Positions 26,180 to 41,330 are shown, counted from the first letter of the stretch. The stretch: 64,000 nt of DNA from Eledone cirrhosa (GCA_964016885.1 OZ024741.1:198090001-198154000), one strand, 5' to 3'. Made by a program: numbers and translations. The notes: a model not told the origin generated them from the letters alone.

Positions 26180-27880
26180 TGTCGGGCGAAAAGAAAGGAT
26201 GCCGAAAGAAGCTTCGTGGCACAAAAGACCAATTACGTATTGACAAGATGGTAATAAGGAACTGCAAGAGGCATACTGGTCTTGTCATGGGATGGATAGA
26301 CTACGAGAAGACATTCGACATGGTTCCTCATTCTTGGATAACCAAACCCTAGAGATCTTCAAGGTGGCAGACAACATCAGACAACTATTAAATAATAGTA
26401 TGAAGTCCTGGGAGACAGAGATAACATCAGGTGGAGAATCCTTGGGAGGCGTGAAGATCAAGAGAGGTATCTTTCAAGGAGATAGTTTGTCCTCTTTGTT
26501 GTTTGTCCTTACCCTCATACCCTTGTCCCCCATTGCAAAAAGTGAGAGCAATGGAGGATCTAAAACTCTTTGGGAAAAGCGAGGAGTTGGATGTACTTGT
26601 TAACACTGTCCGTATTTTCAGCAATGATATATGTATGGAATTTGGTGTTAATAAGTGTGGAAACCTAGTGATGAAGAGGGGTAAATTGAACAGAAGCAAC
26701 GGAATCCAGGTACCAACGGGTGAGATGATGATAAAGGAAATCTACACTAAGAGGGATATAGATATTTGGGTGTTCTGGAGGCAGATGACATCAAGAACAA
26801 TAAAATGAAGGAATTTATGAGATCTGAATACATAAGGAGAGTAAGGAACATACTAAAATCACATCTAAATAGTAGGAATGTTATAAGTGCAATAAATTCT
26901 CGAGTTGTGTCTATTATTAGGTACAGTGCGGGAATTCTCAAATGGAATGTTACTGAACAAAAAGAAATTGATAGAAAGAATAGGAAGCTAATGACTACCT
27001 GCAGCATGTTCCAGAAGACGAGTGATGTTGATAGACTCCACTTAAAGAGGTCTGAAGGTGGAAGAGGTCTTATCAGCGTAAAGGATTGTGTTCAGATGGA
27101 GAAGAGATGTCCGCACAAATATGTGTCTGAGAGTCAATGCTCAAAGTTGTACTGAAGGAGAAGACAATAGATCAGGGGATGTCCAAGGAGGAGGTATACA
27201 GCAAAGAGGAAAAGCAACCTTCATAAAAAATCCCTTCATAGCACCATTTTTAAGAAAACGGAATTTAGAGATCCACAGACTGGTTAAAAAGAGGAGATCT
27301 TAAAAACGCTACAGAAGGAATGTTAATGGCTGCACAAGAGCAAGCCCTCAGAACGAAGTGGGTGAAACACCATATTGACAAGGAGGAAGCTAGCTCACTG
27401 TGTAGGATCTGTGGAGAGAGAGAAGAGACTGTGGCTCACATCGTATCCGAGTGTAAACATCTAGCCCAGACTCAATATAAAGACTGGAGGCCCGATATAA
27501 TAGGAAAGGTGATTCTCTGGCATTTATACAAACTAAATAATTTACCACATTCTGAGGCGTGGTATGATCATGAGCCAGAGTCGGTGATAGAGATGATCAA
27601 GTGAAGGTGCTACAAGAGTGCAAGAAAAGGAGAGGGAGAAACCTAACCGATACCAGGATTTAAAGTAGGAATTAAAAAAGATTTGGGACTGTCATGAGAT
27701 CAAGGTCTTCCCGAGTGTCATAAGAGCACTAGGTACTACCTCGACGAGTTCTCAAGAATGGTTAAAGAACATTTGTCCAGCCCCCTTTTTTTGGAACACT
27801 TCAAAAGGCATGCTTGCTGGGAACAGCAAGAACCTGCCGATACTTTCTGAACATCTGAAGCTGCAGATAGCGGCTTGATG
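26180..27880 (+). pseudogene. 5'-truncated degenerate R4/Dong-type RT-RLE
   Basis: GTKDQL.IDK, RGIFQGDSLS, GGRGL, AAQEQAL, CRICGEREETVAHIVSEC. Confidence 0.88.
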
Positions 27881-27934
27881 TTCATTTGGACAACCTTTCT
27901 TGTTAAATAACAGCATTGATTGAGACTCCAAAAA

Positions 27935-28330
27935 AATAATTGTTTCTACTTTTGGCACAGGGCCAGCAATTATCCCAGTGTATTACTGGTACTTTATTTT
28001 ATCGACCCCGTAAGGATGAAAGGCAAAGTTAACCTCGGCGGGATTTGAACCCAGATAATAAAGGGCCGTAACTCTATTGCTGTAAAGCATGGCGTCTGAC
28101 CCTCTACCGATACTGCCAATCCACCGAGACTCCAAAAAAAATAATGATAATAATAATTGTTTCTACATTTGGCACAAGGCCAGCAATTACCCCAGTGCAT
28201 TATTGGTGCTTTATTTTATCGACAAAGTAAGGATGAAAGGCAAAGTTAACCTCGGCGTGATTTGAACTCAGCCATAACTCTATGCTTTAAGCATGGTATC
28301 TGACCGTCTACCGATACTGCCAGTCCACCA
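27935..28330 (-). mobile_element. Two tandem tRNA-derived SINEs
   Basis: Minus-strand B-box GGTTCAAATCCC followed by gccgaggttaactttgcctttcatccttacggggtcgataaaataaagtaccag. The second copy is at ~28150-28330. Confidence 0.8.
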
Positions 28331-28863
28331 TAATAATGGTTTTTCCATATAGACTTTAGTAGAGAATATTATTAGTAGAGAATATTATTATTATTACAAA
28401 CGTAAACGTAAAACTAAGTTTTGTATTACGTTGTGTTCAATAATAAATGCGATTCTGTGCCTATGATCTTTAAGCAAATATATTTAATACCCAGATTGAA
28501 TAGGTCATTAAAAATCAAATAAACTGCAACAGCAAATGTCTATAGAAATAATCATGAAAATCCTTATAGATGTCATTGACAAATATATATGATATTATTA
28601 TATATGATTGTCAAATATAAAATGTTAATATTTGGCGAATTACAATTATCAATGTTATATTTTTATTCTTTTGTTAGTTTCAGTCATTCGCCATACTGGG
28701 TTGCCTATTGATTTAGTCGATCATATATTTTCATGTCTTGTACTTACATATCGATCTGATTTTGTTGAACATCTAAGTTAGGGTAGATAAACAAAGACAA
28801 ACGTAACCATAGGCACAGAGACACACATGCACACATGCACTCACACACACACACACACACACA

Positions 28864-28944
<81 letters not shown>

Positions 28945-28945
<1 letters not shown>

Positions 28946-31894
28946 TGTGAGGTTGTGAGTTCGGTTACCGGACCAGGTGAGCAAGGCACTTTATTTCACA
29001 ATACTGTGGAGGTCATGGTTCACTGCTTCTCTTTGAACATGGCTGTGACTGTGGCTCCTGAGACCAGATTTGCTCAAGCAAATCTTTTCACACTCAGGAC
29101 ACACCAATTCAATGGAGACACCTATCGTTTCGAGAGATACACAAGGGCATTGTTTACGCACATCCCGTTTGATCCTCTCGTGCTCTATTCGTCTATCCTC
29201 AAAATTATGGACCCCATCATTCACCATTCCACGCCAAGTTTCTCTTTCAAGAGCTTCTATCTCCAAGTCAGTCACCTTCAAACCAGTTTTTTTCAATGGA
29301 TCCTTTACATAATCTTTGAATCGGAGCTTTGGTTTGTGAGGAGGTCCCTTACCTTTACAAAGCTCGCCAGCAAAAGTTGTTTCGGGGTTCGATCATCCTT
29401 CATTCTGCAGAGGTGTCCGGTCCATCGCAAACGTCGTTGGTTGATGATACTTTCAATGCTCCGACACTCACTTCTCTCAAGGACCTCAACATCCCTCACA
29501 TGCATCTGCCACTTGATACCTAGCATCTTTCTGAGACACTACTGGTGAAACCGTTCCAGTCTTTTGATATGCCGTTCGTAGGCAACCCATATCTCACACA
29601 CATACAGCAAAGCTGACAGTACACATGCAGTATACACTTTCACCTTGGTCTTCATTATGATTCCTCGCCTGCACAAAAGACGGTCGCTGAACCTTCAAAA
29701 TGACTCACTTGCTTTGCTAACATGCAGACCAGCTTCTGCATCCAGAGAGCAGGTCACACTCAGAGCGCTCCCCAAATACACACATCTGTCAGCAACCTTC
29801 AGCTTTTGACCGTATACGTGTATGGAGGGTTCATTGAAAACTTTATCCGAATCTGGTTGGTACATGACGTCAGTCTTCTTCAGACTGATTGTCAGTCCCA
29901 AAGCACTGCACCCATTGGTTAAAGAATCCATAAGGTGTCGTACGTTACTCTGGGAGTGTGCAAAGAGATCACAACCATCTACATACATAAATTCTCTGAT
30001 CAACGTACTCAGTACCTTAGTGTTGCCAGTGAGATACCTGAGGTTGAACAGCTTGCCGGAAGTGCAATATCTGAGATAGAAACCGTGTTGACAGTCCTTG
30101 AAGGCCATTGCGAAATATAAGGCAAACAAAGTTGGTGCAGGTACACCACCTTGCTTGACACCATTTACAACCGAGATTGGCTCAGGCAGTTTACCTCCGA
30201 TGTTTACCCATGCCTGCATGTCATCGTGGAAGAGCTTGAGTATGTTCACAAACTTTACAGTACAGCCCAACCTCTCCAAAATAACCCACAAAACCTTCCT
30301 ATTTACGGTGTCAAATGCCTTGGTTAGATCGACAAATATTTGGTATAAGTCCATGCGCTGCATAATGCATTTTTCTTGAAGCTGTTTGGCTGAGAAGACC
30401 ATATCAACCGTTCCTCTGCCATTCCTAAAGCCACTCTGGGACTCAGGAAGTACCTCAACAGCAATGTGCTGTATCGATATGTCCAACAATATCCTGCACA
30501 AGATGTTCCAAGCCACAGATAGCAGTGAAATACCTCTGTAGTTGCCACAGTCATCTTATGTTCCCTTTGTAAAATACTCCCATCAATGCATCTTTCCAGT
30601 CCTGTGGTACATCTTCATTCCAAACATTCACAAAGAGATCAGTGAGTCGGTTTAAGAAGTTATCACGAGCACACTTGAAGATCTCGACACTCAGACCATC
30701 AATTCCGGGTGACTTGACGCTGTTTAATTTGGATATGGCCACCTCATCAAATGAAGGAAGATCAGCCATTGCCAGCTCTGTAGGTCTGGATAGAATCGAC
30801 CGGTTGAGCTCATCATCGATTTCTGGTGGTCTGTTGAGAGGTTCATCAAAGGGGTCATACCACCTGATCAGGGTTTCCTCTCTGAGCAATTCCTTGTCGT
30901 CTTTGGAGCGAGGTGGTGATATTTGTCGACTGGTTGAACCATACACCTCCCTGAGCAGATTGTATAAGGGCTTTGTATCATGTCTATCTGAGGCTTTCTG
31001 GATTTCATCAGCCTTTTTTCTTCACCAGGTGTCTTGCATGGCTCTCAATTGGTGTTGCACACGTGCCTTGATCTGCTTGAAGGTCTGGTCACTCTTGTCA
31101 GAACGTGTCTCACACAACAATGATGTCAGCATTTTTTGTTTCTCTTCAAGCAAGGGCTGGATCTCTGCATCATTTTCATCGAACCAGTCCTTATGCTTTC
31201 CAGCACTAATATCATAGACGGTTTTCTTTAATGATTCCCATGTGTTTTCATATTTCATGGATTCAAGAGACATCGACAGCTCAGCTCTGACTTCTTCTGT
31301 CTTCAGAGGAGCCATGTTTAGTCGTTTTGGAAGTGCAACCTTCTTCCCACTAACTTTGGGCTTCACAACAAATTGAAACTTGGCGCGCGCCAGATGATAG
31401 CCAGTCAACACTGACTTCACGTTTCCTCGTTAAAACCAAGTCAATAAGGTGCCACTTCTTGGAACATGGATGCACCCAAGTTGTTTTATATTTTTCTTTC
31501 TGATTAAAGAGCGTGTTCCCAACAACAAGATCCATTTCAGTACACATCTGTAACAGAAGTAGGCCATTGTTATTGCACTTTCCCACTCCATGCTTGCCTA
31601 TCACACTCCAAGCTTCCTAGTCATTACCAACACGTGCATTAAAATCGCCAAGGATGAAAATCTTGTCTGCATAAAGTATACTATGGATGACCTCTTTCAA
31701 AGACATGTAGAAAGCTAGTTTTTCATCATCACTTGCACACATAGTAGGATCGTACACACTGACTAGAGTCACAAAGTGGTTTTGAATCAGAGGGATCTCA
31801 TGGACATTATCCGATCATTGAATCCACAGGGAAGATTTTCCATCTTTGAGACGATTTCATTCCTAACAGCAAATGCGACCCCTGCCTCTCCCTA

Positions 31895-31933
<39 letters not shown>

Positions 31934-31940
31934 CTCTATC

Positions 31941-32021
<81 letters not shown>

Positions 32022-32510
32022 AGTTCCTTCGGCACTAAAGCAGATCTTCCAGGACGAGTTTCACTGGATTGGGAATCAAGTAAATTTATTACATTCCAGC
32101 ACCCAATATTCATAGGTTTGAACCTCTTTGCAGTTGCAGGATTACGACCGGGCTTACCTACCATGGGACACCTACCTGGCCAGACCCCTTCACAATAAAT
32201 TCCAGAACCTTTACTGTCATTGACTTGAAGGTAATCATTTGTCATCATAGAATTTGGTGAACGTTTAGGCTACGGCCAGCCACACGAACCTGTAACAGAT
32301 CCTGAACATTCAATTCCTGTGCTTTGAAGGTTTTTTAAGTGGGGAAAGGTCTTGCAACGACCAATCCCACTCTCTGAGCATCAAAAACACTACCCAAAAA
32401 GGAGAACTGGTCAACATCATCGGATGATTCCGAAGCCGCAGGTTTTTCTTTAGATTTTTTTTCAGGTTCCCTCTCATAGAAAGGTGTTGTGACAACAACT
32501 GGGGCTCTTT
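28945..32510 (-). mobile_element. Near full-length RTE-clade LINE (APE + RT), degenerate
   Basis: MNIGCWNV, GDFNARVG, WHLID, PESQSGFR, FVDLTKAFD, GVKQG, RRLRWTGH and a terminal CxxC..HxxxH finger. Interrupted by (GA)n at ~31895-32018. Confidence 0.92.
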
Positions 32511-32514
32511 CACA

Positions 32515-32712
32515 CCCTATCTGATATATATATCAGATAGGGTGTGGTAAAAATCAGGTAGACCAAAACCCGCCAGAGTAACCAATACTTGGGGTAGTAA
32601 AGTGGGTAATATGAAAAGGTTCAGGACTCCGACGGCTGAGTTCCGGCCGTTTCGACAGCTAGTTCGGATCTAGCTGTCGAAACGACCGGAGCTCAGCCGT
32701 CGGGGTCCTGAA

Positions 32713-32714
<2 letters not shown>
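32515..32714. mobile_element. Short fold-back, family D sister subfamily
   Basis: Apex ctagttcggatctag near 32665. Matches 12258-12432. Confidence 0.8.
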
Positions 32715-32769
<55 letters not shown>

Positions 32770-32865
32770 GTCTTCACTGAATATATATATATATATATAT
32801 AAAACAAACAGGGATGCAAAAATACAAAGTCTCATTAGGTCCACACTTAGAGGAAGTGAAGGAGG

Positions 32866-32902
32866 CTTCTACGGTTTGGACAGAAGTCCTTCGTCAGGAA
32901 AG
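32866..32902 (-). ncRNA. Degenerate minimal hammerhead (G12 missing)
   Basis: Minus strand: CTTTC-CTGACGA-A-GGAC ttct GTCC-AAA-CCG-TA-GAAG. Confidence 0.45.
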
Positions 32903-33339
32903 TGTGGATAGGGAGAGAACAGGTAAGTACATGAAAGTTGCGTGTGAAAGGTAGGAAAAGAAAGTTAGGAAAAAAGTATTTGGAAAAGATTGATAGGTTG
33001 GGGGTTGTAGGAGAGAGGTCCGACATTCGGAAGTGGGAGCCGAAGTGGAGGGTCCAGGTGTTTCATGGGTGTGGTTGTGTGTGTGCCAAAGGGATGAAAT
33101 TGATAAGTGTGCACTATTGCTTCAGTTTGTATGTGTGTATGAACACGTGGGTGTCTCTGAGTCTTATATTGTTGGTGTGTGTATGTGTGTATGAGTTCTT
33201 TGTTTGTGTGAATGTGTGTGCAACGTGAGTGTGTGTGCGTGTGTGTATGTGACGTTTTCTTTACTTTCTATGTATCTGAGTGTATACGTTTATTTGTGTA
33301 TATATATGCGTGTGTGTGTTTGTGTGTGTATGTGTGTGT

Positions 33340-33882
33340 TTTACAAACTAGAACACGAGGGCTCAATAGATAAAATAGAAATAAATATCCTCTCAACACA
33401 TAGGACTGACGCAAAACTCAGACAAATTACGGAGGCTACTCACATAATACCAGATAGTCCTAGCCAAAACAGGAAGCACAAGTGAAATAGTAACAACCCA
33501 CAACTTAATGACTGAAGACAGAATAAAAACACAAACAGCAAAACAGAAAACGATACAAATTCATACACACAAAAAAAAAACGTAGACATTACAAACACAA
33601 AAACATACACACACACACCGATGCAGGCGCAAAAGCATACACAGACACGAAACACAAAAAAACTTCCCACGAAACAAAGACAAGATGGAGTAGAAGTTTA
33701 AGACCAGGAAAAAGAGGAGGCACAAAACAGATAATCACTGATGAGGTCACAGAATGTGTGACGAAAGAACTTTGATTAACAAAGAAATAACGAACAATAA
33801 GGATAGAGTGAAAATTATATGGTGCGGGTGTTTTATCTATTGGCACTATTGGCAGCATGACCATCCCCAAATATAACAATAT
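33340..33882 (+). mobile_element. PLE 3' fragment related to family A
   Basis: KLEHEGSIDKIEINILSTHRTDAKLRQITEA, an HHR, and terminal motif gcatgaccatccccaaatataacaata. Confidence 0.85.
33732..33778 (+). ncRNA. Minimal type-I hammerhead ribozyme
   Basis: TAATCA-CTGATGA-G-GTCACA gaatg TGTGAC-GAAA-GAAC-TT^TGATTA. Stem I covaries with the 1823 copy. Confidence 0.8.
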
Positions 33883-33994
33883 ATATGTAGCATCAATGGT
33901 GGTAACCCAGCATAGCCTCAGCCTCTTGGCTGGAACACTCGATTTGTGGTCCCACCACGCTTTCATATCGATCTCTCCTTCTCTCTCTCACTCC

Positions 33995-34063
<69 letters not shown>

Positions 34064-34155
34064 ATCTGCTCGTTTTTTTCGATCGTATTTCACACATGTA
34101 AAACTCTTTTGGATTATCTCCCTTTCCCTTCTCCCTCTCACTTTCGGTTTCTCCG

Positions 34156-34261
<106 letters not shown>

Positions 34262-34666
34262 CTCACTCTGCTGAGATCGCACGGAAAAACATGACTCCTA
34301 GTTATTTGACCACAAGACTTATGTCTAATCGGTTCGTTGTAACTTATTCTATTTTTTCCTAGGTTACTCACTTGCATGTACCATGGTCCTGTCCCCCCCC
34401 CCCACCTCCAATCGGTTTGTTTACTTCGTTTTTTCCTCTTTCTTCCTCTCTCTTCACTATTTTTCTTTTCTTTCCCTCATGGTCTTTTGATCAATAAAAA
34501 GCTTTGGGTGCGCTGCTGATCGATTTCGATGTCTTGTTATAAGCGCCGAAACATCGATGATCTAAGTTAACAGCTGATGAAGGGTTTCTTCACTTCTTTA
34601 CGTCCATATTACTATCTTACACTTTGTTTAAAGTAACCACACAGCCCGCTACGTTTCTTGTAATTT

Positions 34667-34786
<120 letters not shown>

Positions 34787-35119
34787 TTAGTGTGGGTGCG
34801 TCTGTGTGTGTGCGTCTGTGTGTGTGTTAAGTATTTCCGTAGAAAAGGTAAAGGAAAGAAGAGTGCTCTATGTATTGTACAGAGCTATTTAATTATATTA
34901 AAAAAACAACGCAATATAATTATTTCAATACCGAAGGTTTCAAGAAACTAGATGATTCGTGTAAGAAACATTCACCTCGTTCGTAATTGTTATATTGTGT
35001 TGTTTATTATGTAATTAATATATATATATAAATGGCCGGCTTTGCCAAATTCAAGTAAAAAAAACGGAAATGTTCGCTCTACATGGCTGAATACAATAAA
35101 TGTAATCTGAGTTTTTCGA

Positions 35120-35560
35120 ATATTAATAATAACATTCCATTCGTTTGCAATTATGCAAACAAGCCTCAATTTTATAGCCATGTCAGTAGAATGAATACTT
35201 CATTCTTGCCTGATTTGCATATTAGCAGACTGGCTGAACAGTCAGATCTGCATATTAGCAGATCCACTGATCAGCCAGATTTGCATATCAGCAGACTGGC
35301 CAGCCTGTCTGCTAATATGCAAATCAGGCCGATCAGTCACTGTGCATTTTTGAAAATAGCATATATTTTCACTAGCTCTGACAGTTTGGCAGTTCAACAG
35401 TGAACTGTACTGATGAAGCGTGATACCCAGAAACATTAGTATCTGCAGTTCTGTTCGCATGCCAACATTAGAGCAAGAATGAAGGATTCATTCTACTGAC
35501 ATGGCTATAAAATTGAGGCTTGTTTGCATAATTGCAAACGAATCGAATGCTATTATTAAT
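35120..35560. mobile_element. Fold-back insert with internal ~33 bp minisatellite and HHR-like motif at 35402-35451 (+)
   Basis: Arms ~35125-35209 and ~35472-35557. Motif GAACTGTA-CTGATGA..GAAA-CATTAGTA-TC^TGCAGTTC has an 8-bp stem I and a weak stem II. Confidence 0.7.
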
Positions 35561-35569
35561 ATTATTAAA

Positions 35570-35847
35570 GGGTGGTGAATTGTCAGTATCGGTAGAGGGA
35601 TGGACGCCATGCTTTCTAGCATAGTTACGTCCCTTTACAGTCTGAGTTCAAATCCCGCCGAGGTTAACTTTGCCTTTCATCCTTACGGGGTCGAGAAAAT
35701 AAAGTACCAGTAATGTACTGGGTAATTGCTGGCCTTGTGCCTAAAGTAGAAACAATTATTAATATTCGAAAACCACAGATTACATTTATTGTATTGAGCC
35801 ATGTAGAGGGAAATTTTCTTTTTTTATTATTATTATATATATATATG

Positions 35848-35886
<39 letters not shown>

Positions 35887-35978
35887 GGTTCACTTTGCCT
35901 TTCATCCTTACGGGGTTGATAAAATAAAGTACCAGTGGGTAATTGCTGGCCTTGTGCCAAAAAAGTAGAAACAATTAT

Positions 35979-35980
<2 letters not shown>
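35570..35980 (+). mobile_element. tRNA-derived SINE (35570-35760) plus partial copy (35885-35980)
   Basis: A-box-like start, GAGTTCAAATCCC B-box, conserved body and (TTA) tail. Confidence 0.8.
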
Positions 35981-36028
<48 letters not shown>

Positions 36029-36094
36029 CATACTGAAGTATAAGTTAAGTGGAAATATCCAAGAGTAAGAGCGCAGTCCATAGGACGAGTTTAG

Positions 36095-36243
36095 TATAAT
36101 TGCAACAGTGACATAAACAGGTACTCAAGTTTCGTTGGGTTCCGGGCCCCAATTCATTCAGCCTCTCATGACAAGCTGAATGTATTGGTGCCCAGAACCC
36201 AACGAAACTTGAGTACATGTTTATGACACTGTTGTAATTATAT
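36095..36243. mobile_element. Small fold-back centred on an HHR-like motif (36119-36164, minus)
   Basis: Minus strand: AGG-CTGAATGA-ATTGGG..CCCAAC-GAAA-CTTGAG-TA^CCT, with a diverged mirror copy on plus. Confidence 0.65.
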
Positions 36244-39200
36244 ATATAAAACTGTGGTTGTCTGTCTGTCTATCGATTTTTGGCACACATCTCCTCTTAG
36301 AATCTCTCACGGAATTGCACCGAAATTGCTATACTTGTACATTGAGCCCTAGCGAAGACATCGGAAAAAAAATATTTCAAATTGACCCACCCTATGTGAC
36401 GAAATCGAATATAATGTATCGATTTTTGAGCGTAAGTTATCAGTTATTTCCCTTTGTTCTGTTTACATTGAGCGTCTTACGTAAAAAATTACGCTGGCTT
36501 TCTCAGCGTTTAAAATGACATTAACACAATACACGAACAGACAGTTGTCGAGCCAGTAAAATATTGACCTGCAAAATTCATCAGTTCGAACACTAAGCTT
36601 CCGTTTTGCTTCATTTCCATTTAAAAGCATTTTAAAACAATATTTTTACTTGAAAACAAGTCTATTTAAAGACTACGTAAAACAAGCTTCATTTCCATTT
36701 AAAAGCATTTTAAAACAATATTTTTACTTGAAAACAAGTCTATTTAAAGACTACGTAAAACAAGCAAATATTTCGTAAAAAAAAGCAAAAATTATATGAG
36801 TTTATTTAAAATATATGTATCTGTAAATTTCGTTAGGCGTGCAGACAGACAGTCGTGCAGACAGACAGTCGTGCAGAGAGGTGATATACGCGTGCAGACA
36901 GACAGTCGTGCAGAGAGGTGATATAGGCGTGCAGACAGACAGTCGTGCAGAGAGGTGATATAGGCGTGCAGACAGACATAACTGATAATTTGGTTACGCT
37001 AATGTTTTTCTCTGCGTTGCAGTGTTTACATTTTCGATCTTTGTTAATAAATAACCAGTGCAGTTTTTATCCCCAGCATCCTCTTTTGTTATAACATTCG
37101 GGTTATCGTTATGTTTTCTTAACTTCATAAGGCATATTGTTGGTTGAGGGAATATTAATCAAAAACACCACATGCAAGTCTGCACAGTAGACACTACAGT
37201 TTTTAAGCCAAAAAAGAAACTTAACATTGTAACTTTAACACAGCTACTGAGCGACCCCGAGCAACGCCGGGCTTTACTGCTAGTCTATATATATAAAACT
37301 GAGGTTGTCTGTCTGTCTATCGATTTTTGGCACACATCTCCTCTTAGAATCTCTCACGGAATTGCACCGAAATTGCTATACTTGTACATTGGGCCCTAGC
37401 GAAGACATCGGAAAAAATAAATTTCAAATTGACCCGCCCTATCTGACGAAATCGAATATAATGTATCGATTTTTGAGCGTAAGTGATCAGTTATTTCCCT
37501 TTGTTCTGTTTACATTGAGCGTCTTACGTAAAAAATTACGCTGGCTTTCTCAGCGTTTAAAATGACATTAACACAATACACGAACAGTTGTCGAGCCAGC
37601 AAAATATTGACCTGCAAAATTCATCAGTTCGAACACTAAACTTCCGTTTTGCTTCATTTCCATTTAAAAGCATTTTAAAACAATATTTTTACTTGAAAAC
37701 AAGTCTATTTAAAGACTACGTAAAACAAGCAAATATTTCGTCGTTAGGCGTGCAGACAGACAGTCGTGCAGACAGACAGTCGTGCAGAGAGGTGATATAG
37801 GCGTGTAGACAGACAGTCGTGCAGAGAGGTGATATAGGCGTGCAGACAGACAGTCGTGCAGAGAGGTGATATAGGCGTGCAGACAGACAGTCGTGCAGAG
37901 AGGTGATATAGGCGTGCAGACAGACAGTCGTGCAGAGAGGTGATATAGGCGTGCAGACAGACATAACTGATAATTTGGTTACGCTAATGTTTTTCTCTGC
38001 GTTGCAGTGTTTACATTTTCGATCTTTGTTAATAAATAACCAGTGCAGTTTTTATCCCCAGCATCCTCTTTTGTTATAACATTCGGGTTATCGTTATGTT
38101 TTCTCAACTTCAAAAGGCATATTGTTGGTTGAGGGAATATTAATCAAAAACACCACATGCAAGTCTGCACAGTAGACACTACAGTTTTTAAGCCAAAAAA
38201 GAAACTTAACATTGTAACTTTAACACAGCTACTGAGCGACCCCGAGCAACGCCGGGCTTTATGGCTAGTCTATATATATAAAACTGAGGTTGTCTGTCTG
38301 TCTATCGATTTTTGGCACACATCTCCTCTTAGAATCTCTCACGGAATTGCACCGAAATTGCTATACTTGTACATTGAGCCCTAGCGAAGACATCGGAAAA
38401 AATAAATTTCAAATTGACCCGCCCTATCTGACGAAATCGAATATAATGTATCGATTTTTGAACGTAAGTGATCAGTTATTTCCCTTTGTTCTGTTTACAT
38501 TGAGCGTCTTACGTAAAAAATTACGCTGGCTTTCTCAGCGTTTAAAATGACATTAACACAATACACGAACAGTTGTCGAGCCAGCAAAATATTGACCTGC
38601 AAAATTCATCAGTTCGAACACTAAACTTCCGTTTTGCTTCATTTCCATTTAAAAGCATTTTAAAACAATATTTTTACTTGAAAACAAGTCTATTTAAAGA
38701 CTACGTAGAACAAGCAAATATTTCGTCGTTAGGCGTGCAGATAGACAGTCGTGCAGACAGACAGTCGTGCAGAGAGGTGATATAGGCGTGCAGACAGACA
38801 GTCGTGCAGAGAGGTGATATAGGCGTGCAGACAGACAGTCGTGCAGAGAGGTGATATAGGCGTGCAGACAGACAGTCGTGCAGAGAGGTGATATAGGCGT
38901 GCAGACAGACATAACTGATAATTTGGTTACGCTAATGTTTTTCTCTGCGTTGCAGTGTTTACATTTTCGATCTTTGTTAATAAATAACCAGTGCAGTTTC
39001 TATCCCCAGCATCCTCTTTTGTTATAACATTCGGGTTATCGTTATGTTTTCTTAACTTCATAAGGCATATTGTTGGTTGAGGGAATATTAATCAAAAACA
39101 CCACATGCAAGTCTGCACAGTAGACACTACAGTTTTTAAGCCAAGAAAGAAACTTAACATTGTAACTTTAACACAGCTACTGAGCGACCCCGAGCAACGC

Positions 39201-40204
39201 CGGGCTTTACTGCTAGTTATCTATATATATAAAACTGTGGTTGTCTGTCTGTCTATCGATTTTTGGCACACATCTCCTCTTAGAATCTCTCACGGAATTG
39301 CACCGAAATTGCTATACTTGTACATTGAGCCCTAGCGAAGACATCGGAATAAAAATATTTCAAATTGACCCACCCTATGTGACGAAATCGAATATAATGT
39401 ATCGATTTTTGAGCGTAAGTTATCAGTTATTTCCCTTTGTTCTGTTTACATAGAGCGTCTTACGTAAAAAATTACGCTGGCTTTCTCAGCGTTTAAAATG
39501 ATATTAACACAATACACGAACAGTTGTCGAGCCAGCAAAATATTGACCTGCAAAATTCATCAGTTCGAACACTAAGCTTCCGTTTTGCTTCATTTCCATT
39601 TAAAAGCATTTTAAAACAATATTTTTACTTGAAAACAAGTCTATTTAAAGACTACGTAAAACAAGCAAATATTTCGTCGTTAGGCGTGCAGACAGACAGT
39701 CGTGCAGACAGACAGTCGTGCAGAGAGGTGATATAGGCGTGCAGACAGACAGTCGTGCAGAGAGGTGATATAGGCGTGCAGACAGACAGTCGTGCAGAGA
39801 GGTGATATAGGCGTGCAGACAGACAGTCGTGCAGAGAGGTGATATAGGCGTGCAGACAGACAGTCGTGCAGAGAGGTGATATAGGCGTGCAGACAGACAT
39901 AACTGATAATTTGGTTACGCTAATGTTTTTCTCTGCGTTGCAGTGTTTACATTTTCTATCTTTATTAATAAATAACCAGTGCAGTTTCTATCCCCAGCAT
40001 CCTCTTTTGTTATAACATTCGGGTTATCGTTATGTTTTCTTAACTTCATAAGGCATATTGTTGGTTGAGGGAATATTAATCAAAAACACCACATGCAAGT
40101 CTGCACAGTAGACACTACAGTTTTTAAGCCAAGAAAGAAACTTAACATTGTAACTTTAACACAGCTACTGAGCGACCCCGAGCAACGCCGGGTTTTACTG
40201 CTAG
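36240..40204 (+). mobile_element. Tandem array of four ~950-1045 bp non-autonomous Helitrons
   Basis: Units ~36240-37283, 37284-38268, 38269-39216 and 39220-40204. Each ends with hairpin CCCGAGCAACGCCGGG plus CTAG. Units 2-4 start with TC. Each has an internal 37-bp minisatellite. Confidence 0.88.
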
Positions 40205-40245
40205 TATATATATATATAGATATATATATATAGATATATATATAT

Positions 40246-40320
<75 letters not shown>

Positions 40321-40455
40321 AGGTAATTCCGAAGAAAAAGCTCAGGAAAAAAGAGTGTCCTATGTATAGAACGGAGCTATTTAATTAGAACGTGAGCAAC
40401 ACCCTAACCATAACCCTAACCCTAACCTTTGGTAATGTAGTAGTTATATATTGTC

Positions 40456-40532
<77 letters not shown>

Positions 40533-40880
40533 ACAAATCTCCACTTCCGTGGTTTACCATCCGATTAATTAGTGAAATATATTTCTTTAATGGAATATAT
40601 ACAGGGAAGATTAATCATATTATAAGGTATCTATTTTTGAAGTTATGGTCAACTTTATTCAGTTACCTACCTAGCTATGTGTGGCTACACACTTGTAAAA
40701 ATTATCTCCTGTGATTATTCATGTTTATATATATGTTAATCAATTTCTAGTTATTATAAAATGCTCGGACCTACTCGTTAGAATCTTAGAGCTTATTTTC
40801 CGGGTGATATAGTGCATGTCTTTCTGGCATGACACCCATAATTTTGATTTAGATTAAATTCATTTAATTTATCTTAATTT

Positions 40881-41330
<450 letters not shown>

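Noticed and set aside
36836-39900. 37-bp periodic repeat resembling a CRISPR array
   Set aside because: There are no unique spacers and no cas genes, and the context is eukaryotic. It is a minisatellite inside the Helitron units.
40401-40428. Telomere-like (CCCTAA)n
   Set aside because: Only about four imperfect units inside a repeat fragment, with no evidence of a telomeric or healing event.
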